From an uncultured Actinomycetota bacterium (GTDB taxonomy: Bacteria > Actinomycetota > UBA4738), in NCBI GenBank assembly GCA_963781595.1, contig CAWAGG010000006.1, positions 522,201 through 586,200 on the forward strand: a stretch of DNA of 64,000 bases. The letters are read 5' to 3'. The translations under genes were made by a program, and so were the position numbers. Below are positions 50,339 to 59,568 of the stretch, in pieces. Each line of letters begins with the position of its first letter. The stretch's first letter is position 1. Below the pieces are notes generated by a model. That model saw only the letters and a program-made list of their open reading frames with translations, was not told where the DNA came from and did not search any database.

Positions 50339-50529
50339 GAGCCAGACGAGGGCGACCCACGTGAGTGCGTCGCCGAACGACGAGACGGTCGAGCCGAACC
50401 AGAGCCGCGCGAACGGCCCGTTGCGCAGGAGTCGGAGCTAGGCACGCACGAGGGCGTCGAGAGTGCCCACCCGCCGCCGGCGGCGACCGTCGCGAACGTG
50501 CTCGAACCCGTCGCGAACCTGCTGCGGTC

Positions 50530-51413
50530 TCAGCTCCCGGCGAGCCGGCGGTACGCCGTCGGGGTCAGACCGAAGTGCCGCCGGAAGCGGAACGCGAAGT
50601 GGCTCACGCTCCGCCAGCCGACGCGCTCGGACACTTGCATCACCGTCAGCGGCGTCGAGGCCAACAGGTCGGCGCCCCGCTCGAGCCTGCGGCGCGAGAG
50701 GTACGCGTGGGCGGGATCCCGAACTCCCGTCGGAACAGCCGGGAGAGGTAGAAGGGCGAGAGCGCCACCGACCGTGCCAGCTCGTCGAGGCCGACGTCCT
50801 CGGCCAGGTGCTCGTCGAGGTACCCGCGGGCCTGGTGCACGCGATCGCGCAGGTCCGAACGCAAGCGACGCCGCCCCGCGTCCGGCCAGGATCCCTCGTG
50901 CGCTCGGGCGAGCTCCGCCACCAGCTGCATCGACAGGCCGTCGACCGTCAGGGCGAACCCTGTGGAGCGCTCGGTCGCCTCGCGCACGAGGGCCAGGTGG
51001 ACCCGCCCGATCGTCGCGGTCCGCGGCGCCCCCGGCCGGCTGAACGCGCGGTCCCACGCGGGGTCGTCACGTCCGCTCGCGTCCCCCACGTCGTGGAACT
51101 CCACGCACACGGCCGTATCCAGCGCGCGCCGGCCCGGGTGCGACGCCCGGAAGGTCCTTCCCGGCGCTCCGATCACGACGGTCTCCGGCGTTCCCTCCAC
51201 CGCGCCGGCGCCGCACCATAGCCCCCACGCCCCTGACGATGTGAAGATCGCGGTCGGTCGTTCGAAGCACTCCTCGGCCGGGTCGTGGTGCGACGCGTCC
51301 GGATGGTGCCGGAACGCCATGACGGTGGTCAGCGAGCTCCGTGCGAGCACACGGATGCGCCCGGCGGGTTCGATCACCTCGTCGTTCGGCCGGCCGTCCA
51401 TCGTCGGCATCAT
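50530..51413 (-). CDS. AraC-family transcriptional regulator with -1 frameshift in HTH domain (about 50705)
   Basis: N-terminal ligand-binding domain + HTH first half (…LSRLFRREFGIPP) in one frame; second half (AHAYLSRRRLERGADLLASTPLTVMQVSERVGWRSVSHFAFRFRRHFGLTPTAYRR) in another; single C missing in atccc/gccc run. Confidence 0.6.
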
Positions 51414-51454
51414 CAACGCGCGGGGGCTCGCGCGTGTGAAACGGGACCGGCGAT

Positions 51455-52228
51455 TCAGTCCATGACGCCGATGAACCGCAGGATCCGCCGCCAGGCGTCG
51501 TCGCAGGCCTCGGCGTGCTCGGCCGCGGTCCGGTCGAAGAAGGAATGCGGCGCGCCCTCGTACGTGACGATCTCGTTCGGCACGGCCGCCGCGTCGAGCG
51601 CGGCCCGGAACGTCTCGATCGCCTCGGGCGAGATCGCCGGGTCGGCGCCGCCGAACAGCCCGAGCACCGGGCACGCATAGGTGGGGGCCAGGTCCGACGG
51701 GGCGTTCGTGTCGCCGGCGTCGCCGGGCACCGGGCGGCCGTAGAAGCCGATCACGCCTGCGAGCCCGTGGCCCCGGCCCGCCTGGTTGAACGACGCGCGG
51801 CCGCCGAAACAGAACCCGACCGTATAGACGTGTTCGGCCGTGCCGCCGGCGTCGGAACGGACGTGCGCGACCGTGGCCGCCACATCGGCCGCGATCGAAT
51901 CGGGCCTCGTCTGCTGGACGTGCGGCTGCCACTCGAAGCCGTCGGGGCGCTCGCCGATGCCGGCGGTTCGGCCGAAGTAGTCGAACGCGGTCGCGTGGAC
52001 GCCGGCCTCCGCGAACCGCAGCGCAAGCTCCTCGTAGAAGCGGTGGAGCCCGCGGACGTCGGGGAGGATCACGATGCCCGGTCCGCCCGGCCCATGGTCC
52101 GCCAGCGACGAGTACGCGCCGAACCGGTTCCCGTCCTCGGCCGTCAGCTCGATGCGCGCACCCGTCGCGTCCAGGGCGCCGCCGCGGATCGGCGGGAGCG
52201 GCGGGCGAGCGGAGTCGTCGTAGCACAT
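51455..52228 (-). CDS. Dienelactone hydrolase family protein
   Basis: VGFCFGG nucleophile elbow, ...D...H triad context. Confidence 0.8.
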   Translation of the reverse strand: MCYDDSARPPLPPIRGGALDATGARIELTAEDGNRFGAYSSLADHGPGGPGIVILPDVRGLHRFYEELALRFAEAGVHATAFDYFGRTAGIGERPDGFEWQPHVQQTRPDSIAADVAATVAHVRSDAGGTAEHVYTVGFCFGGRASFNQAGRGHGLAGVIGFYGRPVPGDAGDTNAPSDLAPTYACPVLGLFGGADPAISPEAIETFRAALDAAAVPNEIVTYEGAPHSFFDRTAAEHAEACDDAWRRILRFIGVMD

Positions 52229-52247
52229 CGGTATGGTCTCCTTCCGT

Positions 52248-53186
52248 TCAGTCGACGGGCCCTGCGCCGTCGTCGGTCCGTGGCTCCGACGTGCGGGACA
52301 GTCGTTCCCGAGCGATGTCCACGGCCACGGGGTTGCGGTCGACCAACAGGAACCGGCGCCCGAGGCGCTTCGCCACCACGCCCGTCGTTCCGCTCCCGGC
52401 GAAGAAGTCCAGAACGAGGTCCCCGGGCCGGCTCGAGGCGGCGACGATGCGCGTGAGCAGCCGCTCGGGCTTCTGTGTCGGATAGCCCGTGCGCTCGGGA
52501 CCGTTCGTCGGCACGATCGTCATCCACCACACGTCCGTGGGGAGCTTTCCCCGAGAGACCTTCTCCGGACCCACCAGGCCGGGCGCCATGTACGGGATCC
52601 GGTCGATCGCGTCCCGATCGAACGTCCACGCGTCCCCGCGCGCGTACCACAGGATCGTGTCGTGCTTGCGCGGCCACCGGTCGCGCGGCCTCCCCCCGTA
52701 GTCGTAGGCCCACACGATCTCGTTCAGGAAGCGCTCGGGTCCGAACACGTCGTCCATGATCAGCCGCGCGTGGTGCGCCGCCCGGAAGTCGAGGTGGACG
52801 TAGATCGACCCACGTGGGTCCAGCACGCGATGCGCTTCGGTCAGATGCGCCGCGAGGAACGCGAGGTACGCGTCGAGCGGCATGTCGTCGCGGTACGCGT
52901 GATCGGAGACCACTTCGAACCGGTACGTCCTGCCGCCGAACCCGCGGCGCTCACGCTCCCCCGCGCCCGTGCGGATCGACGACAGCCTGCGCACCTGTCC
53001 CGTACCGAACGGCGGATCGACGTAGATCAGCTGCACGGAACCATCCGGGAGCGTCCCGAGCACGTCCAACGCCGTGCCCAGGATCACGCCTTCGGGCACG
53101 AGCGCCTGGCGTCGCGCGGTCACGGGACGTTCGGCCGTCGGCTCGCCTCCTCTGGAATCGGTGGGCGCTTCTCTATGCTCGACCAT
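52248..53186 (-). CDS. DNA methyltransferase, beta-class (N6-adenine or N4-cytosine), orphan
   Basis: Motif IV IYVDPPFG precedes motif I LDFFAGSGTTGVVA (beta-class order). Confidence 0.8.
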   Translation of the reverse strand: MVEHREAPTDSRGGEPTAERPVTARRQALVPEGVILGTALDVLGTLPDGSVQLIYVDPPFGTGQVRRLSSIRTGAGERERRGFGGRTYRFEVVSDHAYRDDMPLDAYLAFLAAHLTEAHRVLDPRGSIYVHLDFRAAHHARLIMDDVFGPERFLNEIVWAYDYGGRPRDRWPRKHDTILWYARGDAWTFDRDAIDRIPYMAPGLVGPEKVSRGKLPTDVWWMTIVPTNGPERTGYPTQKPERLLTRIVAASSRPGDLVLDFFAGSGTTGVVAKRLGRRFLLVDRNPVAVDIARERLSRTSEPRTDDGAGPVD

Positions 53187-53187
53187 G

Positions 53188-53589
53188 ATGACGACGCACG
53201 GCACCGAGCGCTTCGAGTTCGACTTCGATCCCCGCTACCGTCCGCTGCTCGCCGGCCTGACGGTCACGCCGGGCCGGGCCTGGGTCGAACTCGGCGACGA
53301 GCTCGTCGTCCGGTTCGGGCGATGGGAGCTGCGGACGCCCGTGTCGAACATCGCCGACGTGTGCATCACCGGGCCATACATGGCGGCCCGGGCGATCGGT
53401 CTTCGGCTGTCCCTCACGGACCACGGGGTCACGTTCGGGACGACCGCGCGAGGCGGTGCATGCGCGACGTTCCACCAGCCCGTTCCCGGCGTCTCGTGGC
53501 TCGGCCTCGTGCGGCACCCGGGCGCGACGGTCACGGTGAAGGACCCGGAGGCGTTCGCATCGGCGGTTCGCGCCAGGATCGAACGCTAG
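53188..53589 (+). CDS. Hypothetical protein, divergent and start-overlapping with MTase
   Basis: CATGATG: ATG 53185/53188 on + strand, ATG of MTase on - strand at 53184-53186. Confidence 0.4.
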   Translation: MTTHGTERFEFDFDPRYRPLLAGLTVTPGRAWVELGDELVVRFGRWELRTPVSNIADVCITGPYMAARAIGLRLSLTDHGVTFGTTARGGACATFHQPVPGVSWLGLVRHPGATVTVKDPEAFASAVRARIER

Positions 53590-53630
53590 CCGGCGGATGA
53601 CGCAAGCCCCCGGCCGCACGGTGTGGTTCG

Positions 53631-54050
53631 TCACCCTGCCTGACTGAGTTCGACCAGATGTCCGTCGGGGTCGCGCAGGAAGCAGCGCGTCTCCCAGGGG
53701 CTCGCGAGCGGCGGGGTGAGGAACCCCGCGCCGCGCTGCCTGAGCGTCTCGTAGGCCTCCTGGCAGTCGGGAACCCGGATCGTGAACGCCACGCTGACAG
53801 TGTCCGGATCGGCCGGAGGCGCGAACGTCACGGTCGGCTTGTCGTCGGTCGGCGGTCCACCGGTCACGAGCAACAGCCAGGTCCCCAGGAACCGCAACAC
53901 GATCGACGTGCCGCCGTACTCGCGGTAGATCTCCGCCCCCAGCACGTCCCGGTAGAAGTCGCGCGAGCGGTCGAGTTCGCTCACGACCAGGATCGTCGTG
54001 ATCTCCATGCCGTCGACGGGGAACGTACCGCTCATGGCGTTCGGCATCAT
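53631..54050 (-). CDS. VOC/glyoxalase-bleomycin resistance family protein
   Basis: MEITTILVVSELDRSRDFYRDVLGA...DPDGHLVEL. Confidence 0.75.
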   Translation of the reverse strand: MMPNAMSGTFPVDGMEITTILVVSELDRSRDFYRDVLGAEIYREYGGTSIVLRFLGTWLLLVTGGPPTDDKPTVTFAPPADPDTVSVAFTIRVPDCQEAYETLRQRGAGFLTPPLASPWETRCFLRDPDGHLVELSQAG

Positions 54051-54091
54051 CGCACGGCGTCCGCCCGGCCGCGTCTGCGAGCATCCCGGAC

Positions 54092-55027
54092 GTGACGGGC
54101 GCGGAGGCCGACGGGATCGGGGACGGCGGGGGCCTGCGGGCGAGCCCGCTCGGCGTGCTGGCGATCGCCGTCCCGGTCGTCGGCTGGTCGCTCGCGAACC
54201 TGATCGTGAAGATCGTGCCGGTCCCGGCGCTGACGTTCGCGTTCTGGCGCCTGTGGCTGGGCGCCGCGGTGATGCTGACGGTCGCGGCGCTCGCGCGCCG
54301 GCCGCTCACCCGCGACGTCCTGCGAGCCGGGATCCCGGGCGGGATCCTGTTCGGGCTGAACATCGTGTTCTTCTTCGTCGCGCTGAAGGAGACGGCGGTC
54401 GCCGACGTCCTGGTGATCGCCGCGCTCCAACCCGCGCTGACCGTGCTGGTCGCCGGCCGGCTCTTCGGCGAACACGTGACGCGCCGCGAGCTGTGGTTCG
54501 TGTTCGCCTCCGTCGCCGGCGTGGTCGTGTTCGTGATCGGCTCGAGCGGGACGCCGGCCTGGAGCCTCCGCGGGGATCTGTTCGCGGTGCTCTCGCTCGC
54601 CGTGTTCTTCGTGTACTTCCTGTGGTCGAAGCGCGTCCGGTCCGACGTCGCGGCGATCGAGTACATGGCGACGGTCACGCTCGTCGCCGCGGTCGTCGTG
54701 ACGCCACTGGCGATCGTCGGGCCGGGCATCTCGGGGATGCGCGGGGCCGACTGGTGGTGGCTCGTCCTGTTCGTGGCGATCGCTCAGGGCGGGCATCTCC
54801 TGCTCGCGTGGGCGCACCCGTACGTGGACGCGACCGTCTCGTCGTTGCTGCTCCTCGGCGAGCCCCCGATCTCCGCGATCGCGGCGTTCGTGGTGCTCGG
54901 CGAGACCGTCACATGGCTCGGCGTGGCCGGTGGGCTGGCCGCGCTGGCGTGCCTGGTCGTCGTCGTCCGGAGCGCGACCGCGGCGGGCACGACCCTCCCT
55001 GGAGCCACCGAGGCCGCATCCCCCTGA
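54092..55027 (+). CDS. DMT-superfamily (EamA-like) transporter
   Basis: 10 TM, duplicated EamA halves. Confidence 0.75.
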   Translation: MTGAEADGIGDGGGLRASPLGVLAIAVPVVGWSLANLIVKIVPVPALTFAFWRLWLGAAVMLTVAALARRPLTRDVLRAGIPGGILFGLNIVFFFVALKETAVADVLVIAALQPALTVLVAGRLFGEHVTRRELWFVFASVAGVVVFVIGSSGTPAWSLRGDLFAVLSLAVFFVYFLWSKRVRSDVAAIEYMATVTLVAAVVVTPLAIVGPGISGMRGADWWWLVLFVAIAQGGHLLLAWAHPYVDATVSSLLLLGEPPISAIAAFVVLGETVTWLGVAGGLAALACLVVVVRSATAAGTTLPGATEAASP

Positions 55028-55128
55028 GGTCCGTCAGGGAGCATCCCCGCCGACCACCGGTCGGCGCCAGCACCGCATCTGCACGCCGAAGCGATGAAGG
55101 ACCGCGGCCGGATGCCGATACCTCTGGC

Positions 55129-56220
55129 ATGGAACCGAACCGACCCCTCGCCTATCGCGTGCTGGTCGTCGAGGACGACGGCGTCTCCGCCGCGTTCCTC
55201 CGGGGCGTCCTCGAGAAAGGCGGACGCTTCGCAGTCACGCACACCGGAGACGCCGAACGAGCCGGCATGTTCCTCGCGACGCAGGACTGGGACCTGCTGA
55301 TAGTCGACGTCCGGCTGCCCGGCATGACCGGGCTCGAACTGCTCCGGATCCTCCCCCCCGAACAGCAGCCCCCGACGATCGTGATCACGGGAGCCCCGAC
55401 GCTCGACGTCGCCGTCGACGCCCTGCGCGCCGAGGCCGACGAGTTCCTCGCGAAGCCGGTCGAGCCCGACGTGCTGCTCGCGAAGGCCGCGGCCCTCGCT
55501 GGCCGGCCCCGGCGGCGGCCCGAGGCCGTCCGCGTGCTCGCGATCGGCGCGCACCCGGACGACGTGGAGATCGGGTGCGCCGGGAGCCTGCTGGGGCATC
55601 GTGCGGCCGGCGACGCGGTCGCGATCCTGACGATGACGCAGGGCGAGAGCGGTGGCGACCGCGACTGGCGGGCGCGGGAGTCGGAACGCTCGGCCACGTA
55701 CCTGGGCGCCCAGCTGTTCCTGCGGGACCTGGAGGACACCGGGATCCCCGCGGGGAACCCGACCGTCGGCATGATCGAGGAGGTCGTTGCGGAATTCGGG
55801 CCGAACGTCGTCTACACGCACAGCATCAACGACCTGCACCAGGACCACCGCGCGGTCCATCGCGCCGCGATGGTCGCCGTCCGCGCCGTCCCGCACGTCT
55901 ACTGCTTCCAGAGCCCGTCTGCGACGGTCGAGTTCCGGCCGACGCGGTTCATCCCGATCGACGGGCACCTCGACGGGAAGCTCGAGGCGATCCGGGCGTT
56001 CGCGTCGCAGACCGCCAGCCGCGACTACCTCGACGAGGAGCTGATCCGTTCGACGGCACGGTACTGGGGCCGCTTCGGGGGCGGACGGTACGCCGAACCG
56101 CTCGAGGTCGTTCGCGACCGCGCCGCCGCCGACCCGCTCCGGTTGCCGGCCACGCGCAGCGCCGCCGAGGCCGCAGCCCGGGCCGGCGCGGCGACCGGGG
56201 GCGACCATGCCGCAGCCTGA
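55129..56220 (+). CDS. Response-regulator receiver (REC) domain fused to PIG-L/LmbE-family N-acetylglucosaminyl deacetylase
   Basis: REC: VVEDD, LLIVDVRLPGMTG, ITG, LAKPV; LmbE: LAIGAHPDDVEIGCAGSL and HQDHRAVH. Confidence 0.75.
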   Translation: MEPNRPLAYRVLVVEDDGVSAAFLRGVLEKGGRFAVTHTGDAERAGMFLATQDWDLLIVDVRLPGMTGLELLRILPPEQQPPTIVITGAPTLDVAVDALRAEADEFLAKPVEPDVLLAKAAALAGRPRRRPEAVRVLAIGAHPDDVEIGCAGSLLGHRAAGDAVAILTMTQGESGGDRDWRARESERSATYLGAQLFLRDLEDTGIPAGNPTVGMIEEVVAEFGPNVVYTHSINDLHQDHRAVHRAAMVAVRAVPHVYCFQSPSATVEFRPTRFIPIDGHLDGKLEAIRAFASQTASRDYLDEELIRSTARYWGRFGGGRYAEPLEVVRDRAAADPLRLPATRSAAEAAARAGAATGGDHAAA

Positions 56221-57301
56221 CGACGCGACGACCGACCGGCGCTCGGATCCCCGTGACCGGGTCCCGCGGGTCCTGGTGACCGGGGCGGGTGGTCCCGCCG
56301 CGATCGCGTTCCTGCGCGCGGTGGGCGACGGGAGCGCCGACCTGTTCGCGGCGGACATCGACCCCTATGCGGCCGGGCTCTACCTCGTCCCGGAGGCGCG
56401 GCGCGTGCTGCTCCCCAGGGGCGACGACTCTGGCTTCGCAGGCGGGCTCCTCGCCGTGTGCGCCGACGAACGGATCGACCTGGTCGTGCCCACGGTGGAC
56501 GTTGAGCTGCTGCCGATCGCCCGGGTCCGCCGCCGGCTGGAGGTTGCCGGGACCCGCGCGGTCCTTGCTTCGATCGAGACGCTCGTCGTGTCGCTCGACA
56601 AGTGGCGCCTCGTGAGCGTCTGCCGGGACGCCGTCGCGGTGCCGGCGACGACGCTGATGGACGGACGGTCGAACGTGCCGTTCGAACCGCCGTTCGTCGT
56701 GAAGCCGCGGGTGGGCAGCGGGTCGCGCGGCGTCCGGCTCGTGGAGGACCCGGCCGAGCTGGCGAGCCTCCCGGGCGACGGGTCGATGATCGCGCAGGCG
56801 TACCTGCCCGGCGAGGAGTATTCGCTGGACGTACTGGCGAGGTCCGACGGGCACGTGGTTACCGTCGTGCCGCGCGTCCGGTTGAAGGTGGACTCGGGCG
56901 TGTCCGTCGCGGGTCGAACCGTGCACGACCCGGAGCTGGAGACGTTCGGCATGCGCGTCGCGGCGCGCATCAACCTGACGACCGTCGCGAACGTGCAGTG
57001 CCGTCGCGACGCGTACGGCCGCCCGGTCCTGCTGGAGGTGAACCCGCGGTTCTCCGGCGCGATGCCGCTCACGGTCGCGAGCGGCGTGAACATGCCAGCG
57101 CTGGCGCTCGCCGATGCGCTCGGCCTGCCCGTGCCCGACACGATCGCCTTCCGCGAGACGGCCATGGTCCGGTTCCTGGAGGACCGGTTCCCGCCGGTCG
57201 AGGAGATGGACGCCCTGGCACGCGGGCGCGGCGGGCTGCAGCGTCTGGGGACGGACGCCGCGGCGACGATGGAGTCGGCGATGGCCGTGGGCGAACGATG
57301 A
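56207..57301 (+). CDS. ATP-grasp domain protein (carboxylate-amine ligase-like)
   Basis: FVVKPRVGSGSRGVRLVED...AQAYLPGEEYSLDVL...LEVNPRFSGAMP. Confidence 0.7.
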   Translation: MPQPDDATTDRRSDPRDRVPRVLVTGAGGPAAIAFLRAVGDGSADLFAADIDPYAAGLYLVPEARRVLLPRGDDSGFAGGLLAVCADERIDLVVPTVDVELLPIARVRRRLEVAGTRAVLASIETLVVSLDKWRLVSVCRDAVAVPATTLMDGRSNVPFEPPFVVKPRVGSGSRGVRLVEDPAELASLPGDGSMIAQAYLPGEEYSLDVLARSDGHVVTVVPRVRLKVDSGVSVAGRTVHDPELETFGMRVAARINLTTVANVQCRRDAYGRPVLLEVNPRFSGAMPLTVASGVNMPALALADALGLPVPDTIAFRETAMVRFLEDRFPPVEEMDALARGRGGLQRLGTDAAATMESAMAVGER

Positions 57302-58047
57302 ACGCGAACGGCGACGTCCTTCGCCAGGACTGGCACGTCCACTCGACGTTCTCCGACGGCCGCTCCCGGCCCTCCGAGAACCTCACGCGCGCCGCCGAGG
57401 TCGGCCTCTTCGAGGTCTGCTTCGTCGACCACGTCCGCCGGTACACGACGTGGGTGCCGGACTTCGTCGAGGAGGTCGAACGGCTGCGGCGCGAGACCTC
57501 GGTGAAGGTGCACTGTTCGGTCGAGGCGAAGATCCTGGACCGTGCGGGAACGCTGGACCTGCCCCGCGCCGTCGCGGGACTCGACGGGCTCGACCTCGTC
57601 CACGTGGCCGATCACCGGTTCCCGATGGGCTTCGGACCGGCCGACCCCGACGAGGTGCGTCGGGCGCTGGCCCGCGGGACCGCGCAGGCCTCCGACCTGA
57701 TCGAGTGCCTGGTCGAAGCGACCGAACGCGCCCTGGCCCGCGTCCCGCGCGCGCTGCTGGCGCATCTGTTCAGCATCCTGCCGAAGGTCGGCCTGGACGA
57801 ATCCGAGGTTCCCGACGACGCGCTGTCATCGCTGGCCGCCGCCGCGGCGAGCGCAGGCGCACTGGTCGAGGTCAACGAGAAGTGGCGTTGTCCCTCCCCG
57901 CGGACGCTCCGAGCGTTCCGCGACGCGGGGGTCGGGATCGTCGCGGGCAGCGACGCCCACGAGCCGAACGCGATCGGCAGCTACGGCGGCTACGTGGCTC
58001 GCACGCTCGCGGACCTGGCTCCCGCACCCGCGGGGCGGGAGGCGTGA
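57298..58047 (+). CDS. PHP-domain metal-dependent phosphoesterase
   Basis: DWHVHSTFSDG (HxH), ...VDHV..., GSDAHEP motifs; ATGA overlap with previous gene. Confidence 0.7.
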   Translation: MNANGDVLRQDWHVHSTFSDGRSRPSENLTRAAEVGLFEVCFVDHVRRYTTWVPDFVEEVERLRRETSVKVHCSVEAKILDRAGTLDLPRAVAGLDGLDLVHVADHRFPMGFGPADPDEVRRALARGTAQASDLIECLVEATERALARVPRALLAHLFSILPKVGLDESEVPDDALSSLAAAAASAGALVEVNEKWRCPSPRTLRAFRDAGVGIVAGSDAHEPNAIGSYGGYVARTLADLAPAPAGREA

Positions 58048-58051
58048 GGCG

Positions 58052-59566
58052 GTGCTGCATGCCGCGGCGCGAGCGGGCGTCTGGATCCTGATCGGCTTCG
58101 TCCTGCTTGGCGCCGTCCCGATGCTGATCGGCGCGTACGAGTTCGCCCTGATCGGCCTGCATCGCTGGCGGAACCACTTCGATCGGGTCGAACCCTTCCT
58201 GCCACGCGTCGCGGTCCTGATCCCGGCGTGGAACGAGGTCTCCGTGATCGGCGCGTCGATCGACCGGATGATGGCGATGGACTACCCGGCGAGCCGCCTG
58301 CGCGTCTACGTCGTCGACGACGCGAGCACCGACGACACGCAGTTCGTCGTTGCCGCGGCGGCGTCCTGGTACCCGGGCCGCGTGATCCACCTCCGGCGAG
58401 CGCACGGCGGCGCGGGCAAGGCGCACACGCTGAACCACGGCCTGCGCGTCCTGCTCGACGACGACTGGATGGAAGCGCTGCTGATCACGGACGCGGATGT
58501 GCAGTTCGAACCCGACGCCCTGCGGAAGATGACGCGGCACCTCACCGACCCGGGTGTCGGCGCCGTCACGGCGTTCATCAAGGAGGGCAGCCGTCCGGGC
58601 AACTCGATGACCCGGTTCATCGGCTACGAATACGTCACCGCGCAGGCCGCGGCCCGGCGGTCGCAGAACGTGCTGGGCGCGCAGGCGTGCCTGGCCGGCG
58701 GCGCGCAGCTGCACACGAGGGCGAACCTGGAGGCGATCGGCGGCCGGATCGACACGACCACGCTCGCCGAGGATACGGTCACGACGTTCCTCACCCAGCT
58801 CGCGGGGCGGCGGGTGATCTTCGACGGTGACGCGGTCGCGTGGGCCGAGGAGCCCGGCTCGATCCGCGGCCTGTGGGCACAGCGCGTCCGGTGGGCCCGG
58901 GGCAACGTCCAGGTGACCAGGCGGTTCCGGCACGTGTGGTTCCGGCCGCGCTGGTTCGGCCCGCGGCCCGCGCACCGGCTCGGCGGCGTGAGCTTCGGCG
59001 TGATCTGGTTCAGCCTCTTCCTGCAGCCGCTCCTGATGCTGCTGGCGTCGGCGAGCCTCGTGGCGCTGTACCTGATCGACGCGCCCGCGTCGTGGCGCGT
59101 GTTCCATCCGCTGTGGATCTGCAACGTGGTGACGTTCGCGTTCATCACGGCGTTCGCGCTGTCGCTCGATCCGAGCACCGCCCGGCGAACCTGGAAGCAG
59201 GCGATCACGTTCCCAGGGCTGGTCTCGCTCGCGATCCTCGTCTACGCGGCGTTCCCGGGGGCGGTCCGATGGGGCGCCGACGGCCTGATGCGCCTCACGG
59301 GCGTGCACCCGGGACCGGTTGCGGCGCACGCGCTGGTGCTCTTCGTCTACGCCTGGCTCGGCGCGTCGATGTTCGTCTCGTACCTCGCGAAGCGTCTCGA
59401 GGGCCGGCGTGGCGGACGGTTCTGGAGTCCGCTGTTCCTGTACGTCGGCGGCTACGGGCCGCTGCTGTGCTCCGTGACGCTCGCGGCGTATTGGCGCGAG
59501 CTGCGGCGGGCCGAGATGCGGTGGGAGAAGACCGAGAAGGAGGGGAAGATGGCGGTAGCGGCGTGA
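58052..59566 (+). CDS. Processive family-2 glycosyltransferase (PgaC/IcaA/NodC/HAS-like synthase), polytopic membrane protein
   Basis: VVDDASTDDT, TDADVQFEPD, LAED, QRVRWARG (QxxRW); 2 N-terminal and about 4-5 C-terminal TM. Confidence 0.8.
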   Translation: MLHAAARAGVWILIGFVLLGAVPMLIGAYEFALIGLHRWRNHFDRVEPFLPRVAVLIPAWNEVSVIGASIDRMMAMDYPASRLRVYVVDDASTDDTQFVVAAAASWYPGRVIHLRRAHGGAGKAHTLNHGLRVLLDDDWMEALLITDADVQFEPDALRKMTRHLTDPGVGAVTAFIKEGSRPGNSMTRFIGYEYVTAQAAARRSQNVLGAQACLAGGAQLHTRANLEAIGGRIDTTTLAEDTVTTFLTQLAGRRVIFDGDAVAWAEEPGSIRGLWAQRVRWARGNVQVTRRFRHVWFRPRWFGPRPAHRLGGVSFGVIWFSLFLQPLLMLLASASLVALYLIDAPASWRVFHPLWICNVVTFAFITAFALSLDPSTARRTWKQAITFPGLVSLAILVYAAFPGAVRWGADGLMRLTGVHPGPVAAHALVLFVYAWLGASMFVSYLAKRLEGRRGGRFWSPLFLYVGGYGPLLCSVTLAAYWRELRRAEMRWEKTEKEGKMAVAA

Positions 59567-59568
59567 GC

